Shown piece after piece: positions 9,601-16,622 of a stretch of 63,080 nucleotides of DNA; position 1 is the first letter of the stretch, and each line of letters opens with the position of its first letter. The notes under the pieces were generated by a model. The model saw only the letters and a program-made list of their open reading frames with translations, made no database searches and had not been told where the DNA came from. Location: positions 1 to 63,080 of IMG/VR virus record IMGVR_UViG_3300022562_000858, one strand, 5' to 3'. Made by a program: the position numbers and the translations under genes. Origin of the DNA: a virus (Duplodnaviria > Caudoviricetes).

Positions 9601-11954
9601 TCCTGCTTCGGCGCTTGTGCTTCGGACTCAGCTTCGGCTCGCTCTTTTTCCTGGTCCCGTTGTAGATTCGTGCCGCCTTTCTCTTGGCGTTTTTCGGACT
9701 CATTCCCTCGTCCTCGAACTTGTCCCTCATCGCTTCGTACCGTCTCGGCATTGTCGGTGGCCTCCGTGGGCACGTCCCGTCCGTCGTCGGTGAACGGGAC
9801 CTCATCGGTAGACGTCTCGGGCTTGGGCTTGCGCGGCGGCGTGGCGGCGGGCTCTGCCACCTGCATATCGCGGTCGTCGTCGGTGTGCGGGACTTCCTCG
9901 CCCTTCTTCTTCGCGTTGCGCGCCTTCACCCGCTTGAACGTGTCGGACTGGCCGACAGGCTTCTTGGTATCGCCGTTCTTGAGCCAGTCCTTGAACTCGT
10001 CGACGGACATCGCGGTGATGCCGCGCATCCCCTTCCATCCCTTGCCGTAGTTCGACAGATACCCCTCGCGCGCAGCCTGCTCCGAATCGAAGCCCACCAT
10101 GGCCTTGTGCTCGTCGAACGCTCCCGTCTTGGGATTGCGCTGGTCGACGACGTACACCGTCTCCGACTGCGGATCGGGGCCGAGGAACACGTCGACCTGA
10201 TCGCCGTCATTGCCCTCAGTGCGGCGGATGTAGCCGTAGTCGTGGGTCAGATCGGGCCACTCGGGGCGGCGCTTCGAGCCGGCGGGGTTCTCGATGGAGA
10301 TGTCGAGGCCGTGGACCTGGACGTGCCCCTTCTTATAGTTGCCGGCCTTCTTCTGAGCCTCGGTGGGCTCGGGCAGGTCGTTGTCGGGGGACGTCGCCGC
10401 TTCGGCTGCGGCCTGGTCGATGGCATCCTCAACGCTCGCAGGCGCGGCGGCAGCGGGCTCCGTGGTCAGCTCGGCCACGTCTATCCCAGCGGTAGGCACC
10501 TGCTCGGCCGGCGCCGCGGCGGGCTGCGTCTCCTGCAGCGGGAGCTCGGCCACGTCAATCCCGGTCGTATCGACCGGCTCCACGGGCGGCTCGGCCGCGG
10601 CGACGTCCTGCGCCGACAGCTCGGTGACGTCGATCCCGGCGGTATCGGGCGGCGGCGGCGCGGCGGTCAGGTCTTGCGTCTGCAGCTCCGTGACGTCGAT
10701 GCCCTCAGTGTCCAGCGGCCGCGTGACGTCGACCTGCTCGGGGCTGAGCTCCTGCACGTCGATGCCCGGCGCGTTGGCAAGCGTGTCCTCGATGGTGATT
10801 TCTTCGGCACCGAGCGCGGTGTCGCCGGCGCCCAGCAGGTCCTCGCTCTCGCCGCCGGCCAGGTCGGTGCCGCGCTCGGGAATCTCTGGCGCGGGCGGTG
10901 CCTCTGGCTGCCCGGCCTGCCGGTGCGCGATGACGCCAGCGGGGACCCCCATCACGCCGCCCATCAGGCCGCCGGCGGCGCTGGCGTTGATGATTTCGTT
11001 CCACCCCTCGTCGGAGAAGATGTCCTTGTTGTCGTCGACGAACTTCGCCGCGGCGCGCTCCACCACCGTCTGCACGCCTTCGGTGGACCCTTCGAGCGCG
11101 GCCTGCTCGAGCACCTTCTTCGTCGCCGCGCCCCACTTCCCCTGCGTGAGATTCTTGAGGATCGCGCCTTTGACCTCGCGGCCGATGCCCCAATTGTCGA
11201 ACAGGTTGATCACCGGGATCGCGTCGAGCGCGCCGGCGAGCACACCGAACGCCGCGGCCACGCCGGGATGCGTCTGACCGTTTTCCTCTACCGTGTCCGC
11301 GAAGATGCCGCCGGCCTCGAGTCCCGATGATCCGGCGAAAGCTCCAGCCATCTGCCCGCGCCGTACGCCCTTGTCCAGCGCGCGTGTGGCCAGGCGCTTG
11401 AGCGCAGCTTCGTTGACGGTACGCCCGGCTTTCTCGCCCAGCGCCTTAGACAGATAGGATTTCACCCCCTGCTTGGCGGCCTGCTTGCCGATCGCACCGC
11501 CGATCCCACCACCGCCGATCAGCACTGCCATGGTCGGCACCAGGTTGCCCAGCGTGTACGCGGACCAGTCCAGGAAGTCGGCACCGCTGCGGATGTCGGT
11601 GACGCTCGACACACGCCCGGCGTTCTGCGCCGCTTCGTCGACGTTGCGCTGATAGCCTTCCAAACCCCAGCTTTCGAGGTCTTTGCTGCCCACGGCAGAC
11701 CCCGCCAGCCCGGCGAGCCCGTAGAGAAGGCCCTGCGTCTGGTCGATGCCGGACTTCAACCCCTTGGTGAACTGCGAATCGTCGGACGGTTGCGCCGCGG
11801 CACCGGCGAGCGCGCGCGGTTCCTCGAGGCGATACCCGTCCGGCAGCGCCGGCAGTCGGGACGTAGCCGGTCCGGGCTGCGTAGGGGTGGGCTCAACAGG
11901 CTCTACCCGGTAGCCCTCGGGGAGCTCCGGGAGGTTGTTCGCAGGGGTGCTCAA
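606..11954 (-). CDS. darB: Giant DarB-like polyvalent protein: iPPase-like, N6-adenine DNA methyltransferase, SNF2 helicase, HExxH metallopeptidase, LPD38-like C-terminus
   Basis: YGYIRRTEGNDGDQVDVF and FDEHK (iPPase-like); VLEPSVGTG and GNPPF (MTase); HVVGAGKT, DEAH, QREGRIVRQGN (SNF2); LHEIFH; RLPKPFEVG; TTG start overlaps upstream TGA. Confidence 0.92.
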   Translation of the reverse strand: MSTPANNLPELPEGYRVEPVEPTPTQPGPATSRLPALPDGYRLEEPRALAGAAAQPSDDSQFTKGLKSGIDQTQGLLYGLAGLAGSAVGSKDLESWGLEGYQRNVDEAAQNAGRVSSVTDIRSGADFLDWSAYTLGNLVPTMAVLIGGGGIGGAIGKQAAKQGVKSYLSKALGEKAGRTVNEAALKRLATRALDKGVRRGQMAGAFAGSSGLEAGGIFADTVEENGQTHPGVAAAFGVLAGALDAIPVINLFDNWGIGREVKGAILKNLTQGKWGAATKKVLEQAALEGSTEGVQTVVERAAAKFVDDNKDIFSDEGWNEIINASAAGGLMGGVMGVPAGVIAHRQAGQPEAPPAPEIPERGTDLAGGESEDLLGAGDTALGAEEITIEDTLANAPGIDVQELSPEQVDVTRPLDTEGIDVTELQTQDLTAAPPPPDTAGIDVTELSAQDVAAAEPPVEPVDTTGIDVAELPLQETQPAAAPAEQVPTAGIDVAELTTEPAAAAPASVEDAIDQAAAEAATSPDNDLPEPTEAQKKAGNYKKGHVQVHGLDISIENPAGSKRRPEWPDLTHDYGYIRRTEGNDGDQVDVFLGPDPQSETVYVVDQRNPKTGAFDEHKAMVGFDSEQAAREGYLSNYGKGWKGMRGITAMSVDEFKDWLKNGDTKKPVGQSDTFKRVKARNAKKKGEEVPHTDDDRDMQVAEPAATPPRKPKPETSTDEVPFTDDGRDVPTEATDNAETVRSDEGQVRGRGNESEKRQEKGGTNLQRDQEKERAEAESEAQAPKQEKGWKRIGANSAGEPLYEDHNGVRSITDGGIRITESVGIVPGRGIIINKEGRDARFLTATERDERKAQAEPAEPAPAKPSQKTPEPAPAAPESGKLETEGETTPPQEAPDVSVERAGETALEGVSAEPVRTPAGRGPAERGGREGGDEHAPGYESAPGDSGADVRRGVGSGEGEVSVPAAGEPATRGVGNYRITEADELGRGGVKTKFAQNVAAIRLAKELVESGQPATLEQQKILAKYVGWGGMPQAFPRPDGSVAKGWEKQAEELREVLSDEEYAAARRSTQDAHYTSPTVVGAIYNALARFGFTGGKVLEPSVGTGNFLGLTPSALRSKARWTGIELDPLTSKIAQLLYPKADIINNGFQDVAVPSGSFDLVIGNPPFGSQRLFDPNHKDISKFSIHNFFFAKSIEATRPGGLIAMVVSNYMLDSTKAGAREYMGDKVNFLGAIRLPNTAFKENAGTEVTTDIIFLQKRGEGVPVIETAWTHVGTVEDPAGGEAITLNEYFVNHPDMMLGEMRREGSMYAKDSAALIAPKDQDLAAELEAAVAKLPANAMDPVDRIAEEPAPQPAAPGEIPETTKVWGLFVGADGEIMERTPDELDKRQARPAVYEDSKGNQRPFSESEKKRVRDLIGLANAVKELIAAERSDAKDIEAKRKKLNRLYDAHVKKFGLLHSQGTKLVFEGDPEYPLLLSLERGYERAVSPKRAKQLGTKPRKARADKADIFTKRVNLPYREITRVDDADSALKVSLNQRGKVDVDYMAQLSGQDPERIIKDLAGRIYLDPVAGWVTADEYLSGNVKAKLAQAKEQTDPRFAANIEALEKVQPDDVEPVDISVRLGAPWIPAEDMQDFITHLLQIPSHAQYSTLTGTWIVKLKGRPDRTRNHEMWGIEQMGASRIIDNVVNNRPVRVTYRDSNGSTIVDQEATAELNAKADAIRQEFLEWVWKDEDRRDRLARLYNDTFNHSIQRRYDGSHLTLPGMNATITLRQHQKDVIWRAIQEGRLLMDHVVGAGKTFAAIAVGMEMRRLGLANKPMYVVPNHLVEQWAADFQRLYPGANVLAATKNDFQKQNRRKFFSRIATGDYDAIIVAHSSFKFIPTPLDEYQAFLEEQIKDLVAAIEEMEEAGESKRTVKQLEKMKETLENKIKKAMEDRGSKDDVVDMGEMGVDSLIVDEAHLFKNLFFATKRARQGISVTESERATDLFVKVRTLQKKNSGRGAYFLTGTPISNSISEMFTMQRYLDYATLQQQGITHFDAWADTFANFTTAFEISSTGQGLSLKTRLSEFTNVPELMTMYGQFADVITMEDLERQAAARGKRWPVPKVKGGKPENLIVPISTEQSAYMMEIVHRAENLDPRDPQKDNMLKITNDARKAALDMRLIDPGIEDNPDSKTSTAANRIFDLYTRWKKDRGTQLVFIDLSTPKSARSAEQRRIQDLVARARDGDETAQAELEKVSPDDILALSSVFDVYNDLKDKLIAKGVHEGEIAFIHDAKTEKQKEDLMEQVRAGNVRILLGSTSKMGAGMNVQDKLIALHHLDAPWRPSDLEQREGRIVRQGNEFYERDPDGFEIEIVRYATERTYDSRMWQTIERKAKFIGQLRKAQAGVRVVEDIGGEAANAAEMKAAATGNPLILEQVDLDHKVRQLEIRKKQHTRSQHRLQQTISRLEADGGPASRAAEKKKIVQANIATRDQNTPKNDKGERVFTATINGKTLDTHTKAGKALKAAVAKFLSSKGLQRGTRETIGSYRGFDVLAGYRGQTSQGYDGITVDIATAEGHKNVMWTDTNGLKEMADVEAFKILDRYMKEWDNALEEIDDRASREKAELATAKEEIKKPFKDKEELEKAKKRLAEVTAELTKKDEDKKPGEPDVARSQREPATSLATADAVRETLRDMFGKRADRFTVVQSTDDLPNKWGVGFSGTIGLAEKSTGAIYLVADNIDVMDRAGLYGVILHEIFHVAMSKDPRLKAHMDRFTAKLAEMRRRALAGEDSEAADFYRVANALVPKNTPKELDLEEFAAYALQVWEKPTTSIPEAISKLIKDLVAAIRMALVRAGLYRPKDITPADLSALARSWFRREDYVSVEGEQLSVSSDRAKSVIARATRRTAPSRQLTPEQQAAMEKHAPQAPRKPIRQRIMEMKQDFGLKVSQGIFDQYASLKNLSEKAWMLARQTHSVSGAVEAAFTHGKLKLDRSGAIDVDTNGQGLAQALRPLGEELDHFLMWIAGNRSDRLNRRSATATRMAKDRINQAKQLEAQARRLEVGATRQQVQQKKALRKQATRLRNEAKALEDIASVRERLFTDQEVAALKTLNRGTMADGRNRAEVYRTALAELNAFQKSVLDIAEQTGTIDPQERARWDEDFYVPFYRLLQEEGQKVRGPSSLRSLVNQTAYKRLKGADIPLNDLLSNVLMNWSHLLSASLRNQAATEALTQANRAGIATPIRAHQAGKGSVFIRVAGQKQYFDVDDELVLEALTALNWEGFNNPAMQMMRKFKRGFTIGVTASPEFRIANLLRDTIHAAAVTPLSYNLIGNVLTGAKGTSPKGLIRARMLAGGGEMHFGHLYAADPEAAKLRIQKGIQEHTVLNNPEAFKTFRGAVKTMWDSWAELGSRVENVNRAALFQQVLDRGGSLLEANFAARDLMDFSVHGAWPAIRFLVQAVPFLNARLQGLHKMGRAVRDHQQRKQFVAVTGAVMMVSALLYLLFRDDDDFKQREDWDRDNYWWFKLPGSDYQFRLPKPFEVGALGTLAERVVEQIVDDEAHGDLFAERLGFMLHQTFAFSAVPQMFQPILDIYANKDPFTKRPIESMSMERLSPTERRRVWTTQTGIAASLAMDRISWGKVVLSPVQIDYLVEGYFGWLGASALAGVDLMARPATGAPVRPAKQIQDYPVIGRFVRENPNRHSKYVTTFYEQLQEIEQAYADIRAARKVHDTERAKSLREKHKDLLKNKARYTRAQRQLRQINNQITILHANDSMDAAAKRTRLDELTRRKNEIAERVVEYGQ
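9038..9274 (-). CDS. Nested +1-frame gene, TnpV-like helical protein (78 aa)
   Basis: AGGAGG-6nt-ATG; MSAWNEQARRHWKEFQPSRYARLQAEGRL...EAWEAVRERYLFPPPE; third-position GC bias follows this frame. Confidence 0.75.
   Translation of the reverse strand: MSAWNEQARRHWKEFQPSRYARLQAEGRLNAEVAKAVTNTRRDMSQLQEIAGLTYDEAWEAVRERYLFPPPESQPPEA
9581..9751 (-). CDS. Nested +1-frame gene, small basic protein (56 aa)
   Basis: GGAGG-9nt-ATG; MPRRYEAMRDKFEDEGMSPKNAKRKAARIYNGTRK; third-position GC bias in this frame. Confidence 0.65.
   Translation of the reverse strand: MPRRYEAMRDKFEDEGMSPKNAKRKAARIYNGTRKKSEPKLSPKHKRRSRRKAGSA
10460..10770 (-). repeat. Five degenerate coding repeats GIDV(Q/T/A)EL in the acidic linker
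   Basis: GIDVQEL, GIDVTEL, GIDVTEL, GIDVAEL, GIDVAEL spaced about 21-25 aa. Confidence 0.85.
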
Positions 11955-13513
11955 GCGGCCTTCTCTTTCTCTCGGCGCTTCAATTCGCGGCGCAGGTCGC
12001 GTTTGTCCTTGTTCGAGACTTCGGTGCTCTTGAGCGCTGTGCGTATCGTCTCGTCATTCAAGTCGCCCATCTTGCCTTTGCCGATGGCCTCCTTGACCTT
12101 CGCGACGCTGCGGCGCTCTGGCGCCAGTATCTTTTCTGCCCGCTCCGGGGACACGCCCTTGTAAACCAGATTCCGCACCAACCGCTCGGCAAAGTCTGGT
12201 TTAGCGTCGCTCGCTGGCTGATCGTTCTTCTTGGCCGGTTTCTCTGCCGTGCTCGGCTTCTCGGACTTCGCTGCCGGCTGCGCGGCCTCCTGACGAGCCG
12301 GCACCTTGGCCTTCGGCTTGACCTCGCTGAACAGCGGCTTGCCCGTCTTGGCGTCCGCCCACACACCGTTTTTCACGGTGGCCTCTACCGCCTTGCCGTC
12401 CGGGCCGACGATCTTGTAGGTGTTCTGCTGCTGCCCGCCACCGCTGGGACCGCCCTGATTGCGGAACCTGCGGAACGCATCTACCGCGGCCGCGGCTTCC
12501 TCGCTGCTGCCGGTCGCCGTGTAAGCCTCGGTGTACAGCTTGTCCTCGACCTCCTGCGGGTTCTTGCCACGGCTCCGTTTGTAGAACTCCGCGGCCTTGC
12601 CGGCATCGCCGCCGAACAGGTTTTTCGCGTACCACTCGATTTCCGCCACCGCCGCCGGCTTGTCGCTCGCCTGGTCCAGCGCACTCTTGACGAGCTCGTT
12701 CTGCCGGTCGAGTGCCTTCTGCTCGGCTGCCTGCGAGAGCTTGCGTTCCTCCAAGCCCTGCGTCTGCGCGGCCTGCCCCTCCTTGTCGAGCTGCTGAATC
12801 TGCCGGGTGAGGTCGCGGTGCAGCACACGGTTGCGCGCCAGATCGGTGATGCTCTGGTTGCCGCCGAGATTGACGTTGCGCAGCTCGCGCTCCAACAGCG
12901 CGCGGCGATTGAGGCGACGTTCCTCGGGGCTGGCGTCGCTCGCCAGGTGCGCATTTCCCTCTGCACGCAAGCGCTGATCGTTGCGGACCTGCGTGGAGTA
13001 GCCGGTGCCCTCCGCGTTGAGCCCCACGTCGCGCCGCGCCATGGCAAGCCGCTGATCGTTTGACAGGAACGGGTTGACGTCAGAGGGGATCGTGCTCACG
13101 GTGCCGCCTGGCCCCCCAGCGGCGCCGGTGAGCCCGGCTGCCACACGGGCGCGCTGCAGGTCCGCGTGCAGGCTATCCAGATCGTTCAGCGAATCGGGGC
13201 CGTAGCGCTCGGCCATGAGGGTCCGCGCATCTGGCACAATGCCGGTGAGGTACTCCATGCTGTCGCCCATGAATCCGCGCAGGTTGCCGCGTCGCGCCGC
13301 TTCGTCCACCGGATTGGCTTGGCCGCCACCCCCCGGCATCGACGGTCCTGAACCTGGCGCCGGCGGTCCGCCGCGCAGCGTGTCGATGTTGCGCTGGTCG
13401 CTGAACCGATTGAGCTTGCGATCCTCGCGGTCGCTGGTGGCAAAGATGTCCTCGCCAAGCTGCTGAATAGGCTGGTTCTGCGCCGATTTGCGGAAGTATT
13501 CTTGATCCGGCAT
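11951..13513 (-). CDS. Putative internal virion (ejection) protein (520 aa)
   Basis: Gly/Ala/Gln-rich and helical; lies between tail genes and the giant gene. Confidence 0.65.
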   Translation of the reverse strand: MPDQEYFRKSAQNQPIQQLGEDIFATSDREDRKLNRFSDQRNIDTLRGGPPAPGSGPSMPGGGGQANPVDEAARRGNLRGFMGDSMEYLTGIVPDARTLMAERYGPDSLNDLDSLHADLQRARVAAGLTGAAGGPGGTVSTIPSDVNPFLSNDQRLAMARRDVGLNAEGTGYSTQVRNDQRLRAEGNAHLASDASPEERRLNRRALLERELRNVNLGGNQSITDLARNRVLHRDLTRQIQQLDKEGQAAQTQGLEERKLSQAAEQKALDRQNELVKSALDQASDKPAAVAEIEWYAKNLFGGDAGKAAEFYKRSRGKNPQEVEDKLYTEAYTATGSSEEAAAAVDAFRRFRNQGGPSGGGQQQNTYKIVGPDGKAVEATVKNGVWADAKTGKPLFSEVKPKAKVPARQEAAQPAAKSEKPSTAEKPAKKNDQPASDAKPDFAERLVRNLVYKGVSPERAEKILAPERRSVAKVKEAIGKGKMGDLNDETIRTALKSTEVSNKDKRDLRRELKRREKEKAA

Positions 13514-13516
13514 AGC

Positions 13517-14497
13517 CTAAACCTCGCTCGTCGTCTCTGACACGATTGTTGCCATGGTGTTCTGCGACGCGATCGCGGACTGCGCGATGCCGCCCATCTG
13601 CTGCGCTGCCGAGATTGCCGCGTTCGTGTGGTTCTTCGCCTGGCGGTCAGCGGCGTCCAGGTTGTACAGCGTCTCGGCGCGGTTCGCCTCGAAGTCGTTG
13701 TTGGAGTAGTTGAGCAGCAGGTTCTCGAATTGGATGCGCGCCTGGTAATACTGAATCGACTGGTTGTAGAACTGGATCGTCGCATTGAGCAGCGCGTTGC
13801 TCAGATCCGCCGACGTCGTGTAGGAGCGCAGCATCAAGCTCACCCAATTAGCGGCGGCCTGGATGATCCCAAGGTGCAGGGCCACGCTCTGCTGGACGGC
13901 AAAGCGCACGTTCGACTGTTCGAGCTCGGCCTGCTTGATCGCGATGTCGCGCGACAGGCCGGAATCCCGGTTGATGTTCTCCTGCGTATTCACGCGCAGG
14001 CGCTCGGCCAGCACCCCGGACGGCAGCGCCCAGCCGCGGGCGGCCATGGCCGATACCGCGTCGTCCGTGGAGCGCTGATTCAGCGCATCCTCTCGCGTGC
14101 GCGCGCGATCCCATATCTGGCTCTCAACGGCCGGGCTCAGGCCGGTGCCGCCGTTCGTGATGGCGTTGTCGAGCCACCCGGCCACGCTCGCCAGCTTCGC
14201 CGTGAAGTCCGGGTAATAGGTGTTGAGCCAGTCCTGAAACTGCTCGTTGATGAACGCCTCGATTTCATCCTGCTTGGCGTCCTGCTCCCCCTCGAACAGA
14301 TTGCCCAAGTCGAGCGGCGGCGCGGTCAGAGCCGGTTCGGTCGGTTCGTCGATTTCCGGCCACGTCGGCGTCGGCACAGACGCATACTTCGCCGCGCGTA
14401 CCGCTTCCTCCGCGAAGTCGTTGGCGCGGTCGGCGTAGGTCTGCGCCTGGTCTATCGCGTTGTCGATGACCTGTTGTACGGTTTCTTCGGCTGCCAT
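13517..14497 (-). CDS. Putative internal virion protein (326 aa, helical)
   Basis: Ala/Gln-rich coiled-coil; TGATG coupling with upstream gene. Confidence 0.7.
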   Translation of the reverse strand: MAAEETVQQVIDNAIDQAQTYADRANDFAEEAVRAAKYASVPTPTWPEIDEPTEPALTAPPLDLGNLFEGEQDAKQDEIEAFINEQFQDWLNTYYPDFTAKLASVAGWLDNAITNGGTGLSPAVESQIWDRARTREDALNQRSTDDAVSAMAARGWALPSGVLAERLRVNTQENINRDSGLSRDIAIKQAELEQSNVRFAVQQSVALHLGIIQAAANWVSLMLRSYTTSADLSNALLNATIQFYNQSIQYYQARIQFENLLLNYSNNDFEANRAETLYNLDAADRQAKNHTNAAISAAQQMGGIAQSAIASQNTMATIVSETTSEV

Positions 14498-15954
14498 CAG
14501 TTTGTCCGGGAGAGTTTTCTGGTCAGGACGATCGGCGTCAGGGAGATGGAGTCGAGCTCGAAGTCATCCCCATCCTTGTTGAGCAGCTCGAACTGCCAGT
14601 AGTTCGCCTGCACGCCGCGGCCCAGCTTGCAGCGGGACCGGTGGATACCGGCGTTGGTTTGCCGCATCTCGTACCACCGCTCCTTGCCTTCGTCCGTGAT
14701 CGTCTTGACGACCATCGCGCCATCGTTGCGGATGCCAAAATAGGCCTCGATCACGCGCTTGAGGTTCGATACCCCGAAATCTGTGACCCCGGTGCGCGCC
14801 CGTGCCGCGATCGCGGTGCCGGCGTCGTCGGTTCCGGTGAGCACGTAGATGCCAGAGTCATTGGCGCCCAGCGCCGCCCCATTGAGGCGCGCGTAGGAGT
14901 TGAACGCGAAATTCGTGTACTGCGTCATCGCGTAGTTGGCGGTGTTCATGACCCAGCCGGTGTAGGCGTCCGCTCCGGTGCTGAGTCCCACCGCGAACAC
15001 CACGCCTTCGGAGAGCGCCTGCTGGATGATCTGCCCGGCGCTGAGTGTGTCGTCGACCGTCAGGCCATCGGACAGGGCCGTGATCCACACGCCCGACACC
15101 ACCAGGGCATCGTCGGCCGTCAGGTCGTCAGTGATTTCCCCGTGCGCCTGGAACAGTGCGACCGCGCTTTCGTCGATTTCCACCGCTTCGACCAGCGTGC
15201 GCCCGTAGTAGCCGAGAATGGCCGAGCTCAGCGTCACCGCGTCGGATACCGCCTCGTTGTTGATGAACGGGCGGTCATTGAGTTGCGCGGTGTCGGCCGC
15301 CGGCTGCACGAATGCCCCGAGCGCATCGGTACCGTCGTCTGTCTGCAGCACGGTCTCACTGAGGTACTCGTACTTCGGCTCGCGCTCCAGGTCGTGTAGC
15401 GCCGGGTTCGGCAGCTCCATCGACTCGGACGCCGTGACGTTGTAGGTGCTGCCGGCTGCGCTGATGCTGCCCGAAGCGCCAACACCATCCTCAAGCGAGG
15501 CATCCAGATCGAGTGTGATCAGGTCGCCGGCGATGATCGTCTCGTTGTCGCCGCACGCAAGCCACGATCCCGAGCCCGCCGACACGCCCCACAGGTTTTC
15601 CGTGGTCTGCGACGGGACCGAGCCCCAGGCAATCCCGTCCTCGCTTATGAGCACAGTGCCAGCGTCACCAACGGCGACGAAGTTATCGGCGTATGCGACG
15701 TCGTGCAGGTCCTCAGCCGTGCCAGAGGCCCTGGCGGTCCACGTCGTTCCTGTCGGACTGGTCAGGATCACGCCGCTGTCGCCCACCACCACGAACAGGC
15801 CTTCTCCCCACACCACCGCCCACAGCGTCGTGCTCACGCCGCTGGTCTGCGCCGTCCAGTCCTCGCCGTTGGTGCTGGTCTGGATCAGCCCATTGAGCCC
15901 AACGCGGACATACGTGGTGCCGTTGTCCGCGACTGAATGTGTGGATTCGCTCAT
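14497..15954 (-). CDS. Tail-associated structural protein with N-terminal beta-propeller repeats
   Basis: Repeats WTAQTSG..LWAVVW...VVVGDSGVILTS; virion module position. Confidence 0.75.
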   Translation of the reverse strand: MSESTHSVADNGTTYVRVGLNGLIQTSTNGEDWTAQTSGVSTTLWAVVWGEGLFVVVGDSGVILTSPTGTTWTARASGTAEDLHDVAYADNFVAVGDAGTVLISEDGIAWGSVPSQTTENLWGVSAGSGSWLACGDNETIIAGDLITLDLDASLEDGVGASGSISAAGSTYNVTASESMELPNPALHDLEREPKYEYLSETVLQTDDGTDALGAFVQPAADTAQLNDRPFINNEAVSDAVTLSSAILGYYGRTLVEAVEIDESAVALFQAHGEITDDLTADDALVVSGVWITALSDGLTVDDTLSAGQIIQQALSEGVVFAVGLSTGADAYTGWVMNTANYAMTQYTNFAFNSYARLNGAALGANDSGIYVLTGTDDAGTAIAARARTGVTDFGVSNLKRVIEAYFGIRNDGAMVVKTITDEGKERWYEMRQTNAGIHRSRCKLGRGVQANYWQFELLNKDGDDFELDSISLTPIVLTRKLSRTN

Positions 15955-16622
15955 GCGGGTGGCGTGTACGGGTCGACGACGACGGCCTTGCCCACCAGGT
16001 CACTGACATCCGTGCCGGACAGTGCATCGCCGTTGGTGCCGGTGGCGAGCAGCTTGTTGCGGCTGAACGCCAGCCCGAAGATGTCTTGGAAGGTCGATGA
16101 GGCGTTGCGCGTCCAACTGATCCCGTCCGTGCTCGTGAGCAGCACACCGTTCTGCCCGCCCACGATGTACTTCCCGCGGGCGTAGATCACGCAGTACAGG
16201 TTCTCTGTCACGCCGCTCGTGCGCTGCGTCCAAGTCTCGCCGCGGTCGGCGCTGGTGAAGATCAACCCGCCTGCGCCGACAGCCACCGCCAGCGGACCGC
16301 TCAGGCTCACCGCGGCCAGGCTCTCGGGAAGCACAGACGGCACCGTTCCCTTGTCGACCTCGAGCGCGAAGTACACCTTGAGCCGCACCGCATTGGCTCG
16401 GATCGTCGTGGCGTTGTCCGGGTTGACGCTGTACAGCACGCCGAACTCGGGACTGTTTACGTCCTGATCGGTGAAGTCTGTGCCGAACAGGGAGTTGGCG
16501 CCGCCCGCCGAGCTCACCCGCTCCACGGTCGCGTAGTCGGTGTGCGTCGACCCATCCGTGTACGTTGAGCAGGTCCACGTGTAGTCGCCGCTGATGTCGC
16601 CTTCGTTGGGTATCGTGGGCAT
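15951..16622 (-). CDS. Tail-associated protein with C-terminal beta-propeller repeats (223 aa)
   Basis: SADRGETWTQRTSG and TSTDGISWT Asp-box-like repeats; TGATG coupling. Confidence 0.75.
   Translation of the reverse strand: MPTIPNEGDISGDYTWTCSTYTDGSTHTDYATVERVSSAGGANSLFGTDFTDQDVNSPEFGVLYSVNPDNATTIRANAVRLKVYFALEVDKGTVPSVLPESLAAVSLSGPLAVAVGAGGLIFTSADRGETWTQRTSGVTENLYCVIYARGKYIVGGQNGVLLTSTDGISWTRNASSTFQDIFGLAFSRNKLLATGTNGDALSGTDVSDLVGKAVVVDPYTPPA

Noticed and set aside
828-11330. Long plus-strand ORFs antisense to the giant gene (395-548 aa)
   Set aside because: Shadow ORFs expected from GC-rich codon bias; no SD or recognisable motifs
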